This document shows, one piece after another, positions 43,810 through 52,554 of a stretch of DNA of 64,000 nucleotides. This DNA comes from Ktedonobacteria bacterium. Its GTDB lineage: Bacteria > Chloroflexota > Ktedonobacteria > Ktedonobacterales > JACDGC01. The stretch's first letter is position 1. The number at the start of each line of letters is the position of its first letter. The position numbers and the translations under genes were made by a program. The notes beneath the pieces are model-generated. The model worked only from the letters and a program-made list of their open reading frames with translations. It ran no database searches and was not told the DNA's origin. The stretch is taken from NCBI GenBank assembly GCA_027459525.1, contig DAIDIC010000198.1, positions 45,785 to 109,784 of the forward strand, given 5' to 3'.

Positions 43810-44946
43810 TTACGAATCCGGCGGTATCATGCCACGCAATTTAGCCTTCCAAGGACTCATATCATCTTCCTCAGAATCTGGCTGGGTGTCTTCATGGGTT
43901 TCCGCCGAATGTTTTTCGCTTTTATACGACTCATCTAAATGTTTTAAAGCGTATACTGCGGCTTTACGAACGTCATATACAGGGTCGGTAAGCAACGCGC
44001 GTATTTCATTCCGATATTCATTTACATGCATTTTGCTTAACGCGCGAACTGCGGCGGAGCGCTCTTCTGATGTCAGCGCAGTAAGTGACGCAAACAAAAG
44101 CTCCTTCACTTCAAGCAAACCAATATCTGCGGCGGCTTTAATTAATCTGGCGCGCAATACCGGCTTTTGGATACGCCGATAAGCTTCTGTAAAATCTTTT
44201 TCTCGTATTGACGCCGGCAGCGAAATATATATCTGCGGGCCTTCAATCCATGCAGATCGATCCTTTTGCAGAAATGGGGTCAGCCATTCAGCTGCAAGCT
44301 TTTCAATGGGCAAATCATATGGAGAATCTGCAAAAGCGGTGATATAATCCGCATAATATTCTGTCAGCCACAAATACAGCTGATAGGTCATTTCGGCGTC
44401 GCGCGCGGCGTATAAAAACATAGCGCTGGTAAGCGGCCGCAATGTCCAATCAGATCGCTGCAATGTTTTATCCATGCGATATCCGCACGAACGCAACATC
44501 ATAGATTGCAAGCCAGATTCTTTAGCGCCAAAAATCGAGCGGCAAACGGCTTCAATATCAATAATATTCTGCACATGCAAATCGCGGGCGCCAAGCACAC
44601 GCAGATCTGATCCGACACCATGGAAGATTTTTAAGATCGCCGGATTCATGAATGGTTCATTTAATATGGATAGATGAAATAATTTCATGGCGTCTATCAC
44701 ATATGTTTGGTGGCCGTCAAAAATTTGAATGAGGGCAAGGCGCGGGGTTGAGGATGAATCTGTTGCTTTTGCAGCAACAAATTCCACGTCAACCGCCAAA
44801 ATAGGCGCCTGAGAAATAAGCCCAGCGCAGTGGGTTAAGTCTCCATAGTTTTCGATCAATGTGCGTTCAAATTGTGACGGCGGCGGCATCGGCGGAAAAA
44901 CATGGCCGAAAAATCCGCCATTGTCTTCAGAAAAAGATGATGGCAT
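43810..44946 (-). CDS. DEDD-family 3'-5' exonuclease (RNase D-like) fused to C-terminal HEAT-like repeats
   Basis: Exo motifs are LAVDVEF (I), HGVGSDLRVL (II) and YAARDAEMTYQLYLWL (III). The C-terminus has SEERSAAVRALSKM...DPVYDVRKAAVYALKHL. Confidence 0.7.
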   Translation of the reverse strand: MPSSFSEDNGGFFGHVFPPMPPPSQFERTLIENYGDLTHCAGLISQAPILAVDVEFVAAKATDSSSTPRLALIQIFDGHQTYVIDAMKLFHLSILNEPFMNPAILKIFHGVGSDLRVLGARDLHVQNIIDIEAVCRSIFGAKESGLQSMMLRSCGYRMDKTLQRSDWTLRPLTSAMFLYAARDAEMTYQLYLWLTEYYADYITAFADSPYDLPIEKLAAEWLTPFLQKDRSAWIEGPQIYISLPASIREKDFTEAYRRIQKPVLRARLIKAAADIGLLEVKELLFASLTALTSEERSAAVRALSKMHVNEYRNEIRALLTDPVYDVRKAAVYALKHLDESYKSEKHSAETHEDTQPDSEEDDMSPWKAKLRGMIPPDS

Positions 44947-45020
44947 GTAAAAAATATGTTACCTATATAAATTATACACAATCAAACCGATAAACGCTAT
45001 AGACCCAAAGATACAGCAAA

Positions 45021-46025
45021 TTAGCGTATGGCGGTATTTTGAACAAATTCAACTAACCGCTTATCGATAAGTTTTTGCAGCAGTTTTAGCGCCGCCACAC
45101 TGCTCATATGAGAATGTGTAATAAGATCCTGCACAATATAATAGTGGCTGATAAGGTTTAAAAGGCTGATTTCTGCGCCGGTAACCGGTTCATGAAGCAT
45201 AAGGTCCATATAGTTGGCTGTTTTACGTATGTGGCCATGCAGGGGCAATTTCAGCGTCAAGCCGTTCATTTCATCATCGCATCTGGAAGCTTCAAGCAGT
45301 AAACTTGTTAATTCGCTGGAAATTGAGTGTTCTTGCGTGGTAATTTCCTTATAAAAAGTAAAATTTGCGTTTTTCCAGCCAAAAATTGTATGAAACGCTT
45401 CTTTTCCAAACAAGCCGCCGGTAACCGCATGCGTAATACGTCCATTTTCGCTGAAAATCAATCCCATCCTGGCTCCTTCACGGGTAATTAATAACCCCGT
45501 ATGCGCGCCAGATTCAATTAACTTAAACACGGTATCAAAGGCAAATTCGCGGAATGAACTGCGCAGCGATGGCATCATATTTCCGTGTATGGCATCTTCT
45601 ACTAAGGCGTTTCGCGAAATCATTGCAATATATGCCCTAGCGGCAAAAGATAGATACGCAAAATCTTGCGGCGCGGCAACAATTAATGTTTCCGGCGGCG
45701 CAGTAAATAGGGGAGTATCTGTCGGTGAACCGGCAGAGCCAGTAAAGCAAATCATTGGAGCAACATGTGGGTACCGCGCAGAAAAAATTTGCCATAGCGG
45801 CATCTCTCGGCCAGTTTCATCACGGGTGGTAGCGTTTACGTCAATAAAGATAATGCCAATCCGCGAATGCTGCCGCATAAGAGAGTCGAAGGCCGGCAAG
45901 TTTTCGGCGGTGTGCAGCAATATATGTTCTTTATGAAGTTCATGCGCAATCAATTGGGCAATATTAGAATTTTCTTCAATTAAAACAACTACGATTTCCT
46001 GAGAGGATCCTCGTCTTCTGTTCAA
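45021..46025 (-). CDS. Receiver-like N-terminal domain plus C-terminal DUF4388 (PATAN) domain protein
   Basis: N-terminus IVVVLIEENSNIAQLIAHEL...IGIIFIDVNA (REC-like, with a degenerate acidic pocket). C-terminus FDTVFKLIESGAHTGLLITREGARMGLIFSENGRITHAVTGGLFGKEAFHTIFGWKNANFTFYK fits the DUF4388 pattern. Confidence 0.6.
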   Translation of the reverse strand: MNRRRGSSQEIVVVLIEENSNIAQLIAHELHKEHILLHTAENLPAFDSLMRQHSRIGIIFIDVNATTRDETGREMPLWQIFSARYPHVAPMICFTGSAGSPTDTPLFTAPPETLIVAAPQDFAYLSFAARAYIAMISRNALVEDAIHGNMMPSLRSSFREFAFDTVFKLIESGAHTGLLITREGARMGLIFSENGRITHAVTGGLFGKEAFHTIFGWKNANFTFYKEITTQEHSISSELTSLLLEASRCDDEMNGLTLKLPLHGHIRKTANYMDLMLHEPVTGAEISLLNLISHYYIVQDLITHSHMSSVAALKLLQKLIDKRLVEFVQNTAIR

Positions 46026-46319
46026 TGATCTGCCCCTATATGTTGAAAGAAAATATACTCATAAGCAGAAATTGCCCAAATCTGCTATATGAAAGCTGCT
46101 TTTTGCCGACGCAAACAGCGCAGCCAAAAAGTAAAACGCATGAAATCTGCCAAAAATGCATAAAACACAAAAACCTCAACTACTATGCAAAAATCATGTG
46201 TTTTTTCAGAGAATAACCGGTTACGTTTCCGCATTCTTCGCACAACAAACCGAATGAAGTAAGCGCAACAAACGCTTCATCATCCGGTTTTAGAATTTCA
46301 CTGCATCAAAACAATTGGG

Positions 46320-46553
46320 TTAATACGCCGACTGTTTGGTGGAGCTTTGCTCACCAACGCCATACGTTGGCTGAGATATTATGTGGCTGGGAACTGGTTC
46401 AGGATTTTCCAGCAACTCCTCTCGCACAACAATGACATCGGGCGGAGCGTCGATACCGAGCTTAACTCTGTCTCCCTCAACACTCAATACGCGAATAACA
46501 ACAACATTGTTTAAGACGATTGCTTCACCTTGTTTGCGACGCAGTACGAGCAT
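46320..46553 (-). CDS. csrA: Carbon storage regulator / translational repressor CsrA
   Basis: MLVLRRKQGEAIVLNNVVVIRVLSVEGDRVKLGIDAPPDVIVVREEL is the canonical CsrA core. ATG 46553 follows GAGGTG. Confidence 0.85.
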   Translation of the reverse strand: MLVLRRKQGEAIVLNNVVVIRVLSVEGDRVKLGIDAPPDVIVVREELLENPEPVPSHIISQPTYGVGEQSSTKQSAY

Positions 46554-46666
46554 CCATCTCACCTCTCTATAAAGGCTAAAGCCTTTATTATTTGTAATAG
46601 CGCTTGAACAGCGCGATAATTGTTATGAAGAAACCCACTTTGCATAGCTCAAAATATGATTCCATG

Positions 46667-46821
46667 CTACTTTGCAGGCGGCGCGCAATCTCCCGGCGCA
46701 ATAATACCATCGGGTGGAACGTCGATACTTAGCATAACGTTATCATTCTCAACGTCCAATACACATATGTAACAGCATGTGTTCAGACACATGCTTCACC
46801 TGATTTGCAGCGTAATAGTAT
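46667..46821 (-). pseudogene. Decayed tandem csrA duplicate: ancestral ATG changed to ATA plus a 1-nt deletion. A residual 41-codon Cys-rich ORF remains at 46667-46792.
   Basis: About 210 nt (46690-46900) align with csrA plus its 5' leader (46430-46640). The ancestral frame reads ILLRCKSGEAC then a stop. After the frameshift, ATG 46792 opens MCLNTCCYICVLDVENDNVMLSIDVPPDGIIAPGDCAPPAK, collinear with CsrA residues ~13-53. Confidence 0.6.
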
Positions 46822-47607
46822 CTATTTATTTCACCTTTCTTTTCAGGCTATAAGCCTTTATGTCTGTGATAGCGGCGAAACAAGCGCCATTGTATATGAA
46901 GCGGCTTTCTGAACGACACCGGTATCCATACACATGGCCTCAGAATCATAGCAAGCTATCCGGTGATAAATTATCGCTTCATTGATAAATTGCTCGATAA
47001 CATGCATTGATAAGGCGCAGGAGCTTTGGGAATCCTCATAAAGACATAATTAAATTGTAGGATATATTTTGACGTTACGCAATAAACCATAACTGCTATT
47101 TATAGCTTAGGAGCTTTGGGTAGCTTGATCGGTTACTTTTGGCGCGGGCCAACATCAAAAATAGCGCCACATACTGCAGATACGAAGCTTCATATCGATC
47201 TGAAACATTGAACTTGAACAGGAATACAGAAAAATTTGGCCCTCAAGCGCCATATGTACAAGGCGCACCATTTTTTGCGCCGCTCCGGCAATACATCAGC
47301 CTCAAGTTGTGAGCGGGTAAACACAATCTTTGTTGGAATAGCAACAAAAATATATTGCAATACATATAAGAACAGTTTATCATTCATGTGAATATAGTAA
47401 TATCAGCAGAACTTGCGCTTTAAATCATACAAAAATTTAGCCTGTCTGCGCCGATACAGAGATTTTGGGGATACTCAACACCTCACGTAAGCGGTCGCCG
47501 GCCCCTAATATATGTTTGATAAAGCATACAAGCGCAAATTCTGATCAGAAATTTTGTCTATTTTTGTTATCTGATATGTATTCCATACAGCCACTCAGGA
47601 GAATATT

Positions 47608-48621
47608 ATGGTTCACCAAGCGCGCAGGTATTTACCTGCAATTATTCTTATTGGCGTCCTAGCTTTCTCTGCCTGCGGGTCCTCTTCCACCAATGGAACA
47701 GGCACTGCAACGGCAGTATCAGCAACAAATACTCCCGCGCCTACAGCAACCCAAGCTCCTGCGCCCACAGCCACAACAGCGCCCGCGACAACCTGCGCTC
47801 AATTGCCCGGATTTTCCGGCGCGGGATCAGTTTCCAGCATTCATGGTATGCAGCTGCCAACGTTTCCAACTAACACAGTATACACACAGGTTTCCGGAAA
47901 TTCGGCGGGAGTTGGACAATATGCGTCATTTATTGCAAATTTTTGTTCACCAAATGAAACCACGGCGCTTAACGTTACAACCGGCAAAGGGCCTATGCCG
48001 TTTCTCAATGAGTTTGCGTTTTACGGTTGGGATCCAACAGCGAATATTTTCCTGAATTCCACCACATGGCTGGCGGAAAGCTGCCCAAGCGGCGGAAATT
48101 GTTTCGCGTATAATTACAATGTGTCAAACTTTACGTTTAACACGGGCCAAGAATATGCAAACGTTTCCAACATAACAGATAACGGAAACCAATTAATCAC
48201 TTATAAAATTGCGTTTTATGGCCCGCCAACTGCTCCAACTTGCACAGACCCTAATTTTGCGAGCTACGAAAACGCCATATACCACCAAAGTCCCATTTAT
48301 CCGTTGTATTTGCATAATCTGGCGTCATCTTCTACCGATCCTTACGCCGGTATCCAGCTTCCGCCAATGTCGCGAATGTATAGCAACAACGCAATGGGAG
48401 TTATTGGGTATACGCTGTGCAGCTCGGGGACAGCGACTAGCCTGAATACGTTTATGACGAATGAGATGACAAGCTTGGGATGGCACACTACAACCAGCCA
48501 ATATTGCATGTATAACGCCTGCTATCAAAGTCCAAATGCGGCGTTTGCGAAAAACGTTATATCTTGGTCTACAACCAATCCTTCAGATTGGAACATCGCG
48601 TATCATAATCCCAATATTTAA
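47608..48621 (+). CDS. Secreted lipoprotein of unknown function with a Thr/Ala/Pro-rich linker
   Basis: Signal plus lipobox AIILIGVLAFSAC, then TNTPAPTATQAPAPTATTAPATT. The globular C-terminal part is Asn/Thr/Tyr-rich. No family recognised. Confidence 0.55.
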   Translation: MVHQARRYLPAIILIGVLAFSACGSSSTNGTGTATAVSATNTPAPTATQAPAPTATTAPATTCAQLPGFSGAGSVSSIHGMQLPTFPTNTVYTQVSGNSAGVGQYASFIANFCSPNETTALNVTTGKGPMPFLNEFAFYGWDPTANIFLNSTTWLAESCPSGGNCFAYNYNVSNFTFNTGQEYANVSNITDNGNQLITYKIAFYGPPTAPTCTDPNFASYENAIYHQSPIYPLYLHNLASSSTDPYAGIQLPPMSRMYSNNAMGVIGYTLCSSGTATSLNTFMTNEMTSLGWHTTTSQYCMYNACYQSPNAAFAKNVISWSTTNPSDWNIAYHNPNI

Positions 48622-48774
48622 TTTCACTGTTTGCCTGATTCTTAAGAATGGGCAACAAACAGCAAAAGTAAACGCACAAAGGGCGGAAGCTCCTTGTGCG
48701 TCTCCGCTGCCGGGGGCGCTTGGCTGCCCCTTACGGATCTCTGCACATCCGCTGTGCGCTGCAAACAACAAAAG

Positions 48775-49329
48775 TTATGCTGTTTGTGCTATGTAAATCC
48801 AAGAATCATGACATTGAAATGCAAAAATTGCCAGCCAATTTCCTAATAATGTCCACTCTAACTCAAGCGTTACATCATCTTGCTCCCATAAAGGCCTTGA
48901 AGTTACCAAAATTTCTCGAAGCGCTTCTTTAGCCTGTAATACATTCCATTGATGTTCAGCCAGTAATTTTTCCTGGGTTATTTCTCCGATAAACTGGGCA
49001 AAATCATCTGTACATATCGGCCACTCATTATTTTGCAGCCAAAGAATCGGAGGTGTATGCGCCAGTTCATCAATTCTTTCTGCGACACACGCTTGAATAT
49101 CTTGTTCTAACCAATCTTGGTGATTAACTCGCATAGCATTTTCTAATTGTCTTACGATCCATGGCTCGATATTTACTTTACCTTTTCTTTGCGCCAGACA
49201 TTGGCTGCAAAGAGAGGTTGGTGGATATAACATATGCATTGGTATAACAAACTTGTTTCCGCACACAGTACATAAACCATCTTCAAGATCCGCTCCTTTG
49301 GGAAAATTAGGAAAATATCGAAAGGTCAT
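48775..49329 (-). CDS. Possible CbrC/UPF0167-family protein
   Basis: MTFRYFPNFPKG...CTVCG...C..C and a later W..C.D.F.F.G pattern (NEWPICTDDFAQFIG) resemble UPF0167 as I recall it. Not verified. Confidence 0.4.
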   Translation of the reverse strand: MTFRYFPNFPKGADLEDGLCTVCGNKFVIPMHMLYPPTSLCSQCLAQRKGKVNIEPWIVRQLENAMRVNHQDWLEQDIQACVAERIDELAHTPPILWLQNNEWPICTDDFAQFIGEITQEKLLAEHQWNVLQAKEALREILVTSRPLWEQDDVTLELEWTLLGNWLAIFAFQCHDSWIYIAQTA

Positions 49330-49446
49330 TATCTTATTCCCTGTTTCTATATATCATAAGCAAGTAAATCACTTTATTCTCTGGATAATATAATATTTTA
49401 TAATATTTTTGGAAATAAAATTTTATCCTATAGAAAGACCGCAAAA

Positions 49447-49482
49447 TAAAAAGATTCTGGAAATAAATCCAGAATCTTTTTT
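49447..49482. terminator. Bidirectional intrinsic terminator downstream of ftsZ
   Basis: AAAAAGATTCTGG-AAATAAAT-CCAGAATCTTTTTT: a 10-bp stem flanked by A-run and T-run. Confidence 0.7.
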
Positions 49483-49504
49483 AGGGAGGAAACAGAAATT
49501 TTGC

Positions 49505-50920
49505 CTATTGCGGCTTCCGGCGCAAAAACGCCGGGATATCCAAAGAATCAGGCGGCGGAGCGCCATCACTGGCGGTGTCGGGGCTGCGCCATTCATTTTC
49601 AATAGAGCGGATTTCAGGTGAAGAATCATCTGCTTGTTCATCCGGTTCGGCTCCAGAGGAGCCGTTATCAAGCAGTTGGGTGTGAGAAGCCGAAATATCT
49701 TTTTCCGCCGCGGATAAGCCAAATGATTGCGCTGGAATAACCGGAGTTAGCGCAGGAAGGGCAACGGTTGGCTCTTCTGAGGATAACGGTTCCGTTAGTT
49801 GTGTGGAACGCCGGCGCGCAGTTTGGTCTTGCAATACATCAGGGGGATGGATTTGCTGCCTTTGCTGCGGCGGCAAGAAGGAGGGTTTTTGCGGATATGC
49901 TTCACGCAGACGGGTAACGCTGCCCGAAGACGAAAGCGCGTCTTGCTCGAAGGCGGCGGCCACAATGGTAACACGGATAAGATGATTCAGATTATCATTC
50001 TGAGAGGCGCCAAAGATGATGGTGGCGTCGGGATGCGCAAGTTTTTGAACGGCAGTAGCAATTTCGTTGACTTCAAAGAGTGTTAGATCGCTGCCGCCGG
50101 CGATATTCAACAAAATACGCCGTGCGCCGCGAATATCACTTTCCAGCAAAGCGCTTTCAACAGCGCGCTGTGTCGCCGCCATTGCTCTGCGTTCACCGCT
50201 TGCTTCGCCAATAGCCATCAAGGCAGAGCCTGCGCCGGAAATAATGGAGCGGACATCGGCAAAATCTAAATTAATCAATCCGGGGGAAGTGATTAAGTCG
50301 CTGACACCACGCACTCCTTGGCGCAAAATATCATCGCCAGTTTTCAGCGCTTCAGTAAAAGGCATGTGGTTATCTACAACAGAGATCAACCGTTCATTGG
50401 GAATAACAATAAGCGTATCCACAAATTGCCGCAGTTCATTCACGCCTTGAGAGGCAATATGCGCGCGGCGAATGCCTTCAAAGCGGAAAGGTGTGGTAAC
50501 AACCGCAATAGTTATAGCGCCAATTTCGTGCGCTAATTTCGCAATAACCGGGGCAGCGCCTGTGCCAGTGCCTCCACCCATACCGGCGGTAACGAATACA
50601 AGATCGGAGCCGCGCAGCATAGCGCGAGCTTCCTCAAGACTTTCCTGCGCCGCGCGGGACCCAACAGAGGGATCTCCACCGGCGCCGAGGCCGCGGGTAA
50701 GCGATTCACCCAGCCGCAGCTTCAGCGGAGCCGCTGAGGTAAGCAACGCCTGCGCGTCGGTGTTTGCCACAATAAACTCAACACCGGGAATCATGTCTTC
50801 AAGCATGCGGCCAACAGCATTGCTGCCGGCGCCACCCACACCGACAACACGGATAGTAACGGCTCCGTTTCGGCGCTTAGAAAGCGGAACCGGTTCATTA
50901 TTTCTAAAAGCAGCGCCCAT
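49505..50920 (-). CDS. ftsZ: Cell division protein FtsZ
   Basis: IRVVGVGGAGSNAV, the tubulin signature GMGGGTGTGAAPVIA, a long disordered linker, and the C-terminal peptide DSLDIPAFLRRKPQ. Confidence 0.95.
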   Translation of the reverse strand: MGAAFRNNEPVPLSKRRNGAVTIRVVGVGGAGSNAVGRMLEDMIPGVEFIVANTDAQALLTSAAPLKLRLGESLTRGLGAGGDPSVGSRAAQESLEEARAMLRGSDLVFVTAGMGGGTGTGAAPVIAKLAHEIGAITIAVVTTPFRFEGIRRAHIASQGVNELRQFVDTLIVIPNERLISVVDNHMPFTEALKTGDDILRQGVRGVSDLITSPGLINLDFADVRSIISGAGSALMAIGEASGERRAMAATQRAVESALLESDIRGARRILLNIAGGSDLTLFEVNEIATAVQKLAHPDATIIFGASQNDNLNHLIRVTIVAAAFEQDALSSSGSVTRLREAYPQKPSFLPPQQRQQIHPPDVLQDQTARRRSTQLTEPLSSEEPTVALPALTPVIPAQSFGLSAAEKDISASHTQLLDNGSSGAEPDEQADDSSPEIRSIENEWRSPDTASDGAPPPDSLDIPAFLRRKPQ

Positions 50921-50966
50921 ACTTGGCCCTCCATGCCAGCTTACAGAATAAATTTACGGCTAAGGA

Positions 50967-52529
50967 TCAGTTATAATCGGCAAGCGCGCTATCAAACAGC
51001 CCATCCGCAATTGCTTTTGCAACGTGTTCAATATCCGGCGCAGGCGGGCGATCCTCATGTAATTCCGCCGCTACCGACCGAACAGCCTGATAAGCGGCGT
51101 CTACGCCTCGCCCGGGCTTCAACGGCTTACGAAACTCCAACCCTTGAGCAGCGCAAATCAACTCAATAGCTATCACATTTCGTGCCAATTCTAACGATTG
51201 CAGTAATTTATGCCCCGCAGTTGCGCCCATACTTACAAAATCTTCCATACCGGCGGAAGTCGGCAAAGACCCAACACTGGCAGGGTGCGCCAATAAATTT
51301 ATTTCATTTGTCAGCGCGGCGGCGGCGTATTGCGCAATCATATAGCCGGAATGCAGGCCAGGGTTTTTAGTTAAAAACGGTGGCGCGCCATTTACATCCC
51401 ACGTATGCGGCCCCATTAAATTATATATGCGCCGCTCGGAAAAACCTGCCATATGGGCTACCGCTATCGCTGCAAAATCTAACGCGGCGGCTAACGGCTG
51501 CCCATGAAAGTTACCGCCGCTTAAGGTCATTTCATCTTCGGCAAAAATCAGCGGATTATCGGTAACCGCATTTAATTCATAAGAAAAAACCTGCTCACAA
51601 TGCGTTAACGTGTCGCGCACAGCTCCTAAAACTTGCGGAATACACCGAATTGAATAGGGATCTTGCACACGGCCGCAATCCTTATGGCTGGGAATAATTT
51701 CACTGCCTTCCAGCATGCGCAACACCCGCGCCGCTGTTTCTTTTTGTCCCGGCTGAGGCCGTATACGGTGAATGCGCGCGTCAAACGGAGCCTGGCTGCC
51801 CATCAGCGCCTCTAAGCTCATTCCTGCGGCAATCTCGGCGGCGCGCAGTAATCTCCAACTGTCATAAACAGCCAACGCCCCCATGGCTTCCATCAAATGG
51901 GTGCCGTTCATCAACGCCAAGCCTTCTTTTGCGCCAAGTTCCAGCGGCGTTATGCCAACAGACTGCATCATCTCGGCGCTGTTGCCGCGTTTCCCTTTAG
52001 CTTTAATTTCCCCTTCACCCATCAACGTTAGCGCCAAATGCGCCAATGGCGCCAAATCTCCGCTTGCGCCTACAGATCCTCTACTGGGAATAACAGGGGT
52101 AAGGTCATTATTCAACAACGCCAAAATGGTTTCGATAACTTCGGCGCGCACCCCTGAATAGCCTTTGGATAAACTGTTAGCTAAAAAAAACATCATGGCG
52201 CGGGTAACATCTTTGGCCAGCGGCTCCCCTACGCCCGATGAATGGGAGCGCGCAATATTCCGCTGCAAATCGGCTATTTGCTCTGGCTGAATACGAATAG
52301 AGCTAAGTTCTCCAAAACCGGTGTTTACGCCATAAACCGCGCGTTCACCTTGCGCAATGCGCTCAATAAACGCTCTGCTTTGCTGTGTTTTTTGCTTTGC
52401 CGCGGCAGAAAGTGTCACCTGCGCGCCGGTTCGCGCTATAAGATGCGCCGAATACAATGTTACCGGATGTTTTTCATCACCTATGATGACATGCGTTAGC
52501 TGCTTTGCTGAATGAGTATTTCGCTTCAT
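50967..52529 (-). CDS. hutH: Histidine ammonia-lyase (aromatic amino-acid lyase family, MIO cofactor)
   Basis: The MIO-forming GSVGASGDLAPLAHL and a ~520-aa length. ATG 52529 is preferred over 52565. HAL versus TAL/PAL specificity is not resolvable by eye. Confidence 0.85.
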   Translation of the reverse strand: MKRNTHSAKQLTHVIIGDEKHPVTLYSAHLIARTGAQVTLSAAAKQKTQQSRAFIERIAQGERAVYGVNTGFGELSSIRIQPEQIADLQRNIARSHSSGVGEPLAKDVTRAMMFFLANSLSKGYSGVRAEVIETILALLNNDLTPVIPSRGSVGASGDLAPLAHLALTLMGEGEIKAKGKRGNSAEMMQSVGITPLELGAKEGLALMNGTHLMEAMGALAVYDSWRLLRAAEIAAGMSLEALMGSQAPFDARIHRIRPQPGQKETAARVLRMLEGSEIIPSHKDCGRVQDPYSIRCIPQVLGAVRDTLTHCEQVFSYELNAVTDNPLIFAEDEMTLSGGNFHGQPLAAALDFAAIAVAHMAGFSERRIYNLMGPHTWDVNGAPPFLTKNPGLHSGYMIAQYAAAALTNEINLLAHPASVGSLPTSAGMEDFVSMGATAGHKLLQSLELARNVIAIELICAAQGLEFRKPLKPGRGVDAAYQAVRSVAAELHEDRPPAPDIEHVAKAIADGLFDSALADYN

Positions 52530-52554
52530 GTTTTTTTTCCTGATATATCGAATA

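Noticed and set aside
44175-44182. Exact GCCGATAA octamers at 44175-44182 and 61861-61868.
   Set aside because: Both lie inside coding regions on the antisense strand and lack a TAAA -35 element at N15, so they are most likely chance occurrences.
46900-47230. A possible CsrB/RsmZ-like CsrA-titrating RNA: duplicated 12-mer AGGAGCTTTGGG (47019-47030 and 47109-47120) and several GGA motifs upstream of the csrA units.
   Set aside because: About five GGA triplets in ~300 nt is close to random expectation. They are not presented in hairpin loops, and I see no promoter/terminator pair. The duplicated 12-mer is real but unexplained.
47190-47387. A 65-aa minus-strand ORF; I also checked whether 46930-47400 hides a fliW remnant upstream of csrA.
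   Set aside because: There is no SD or family resemblance, the composition is odd, and I could not align it to FliW from memory.
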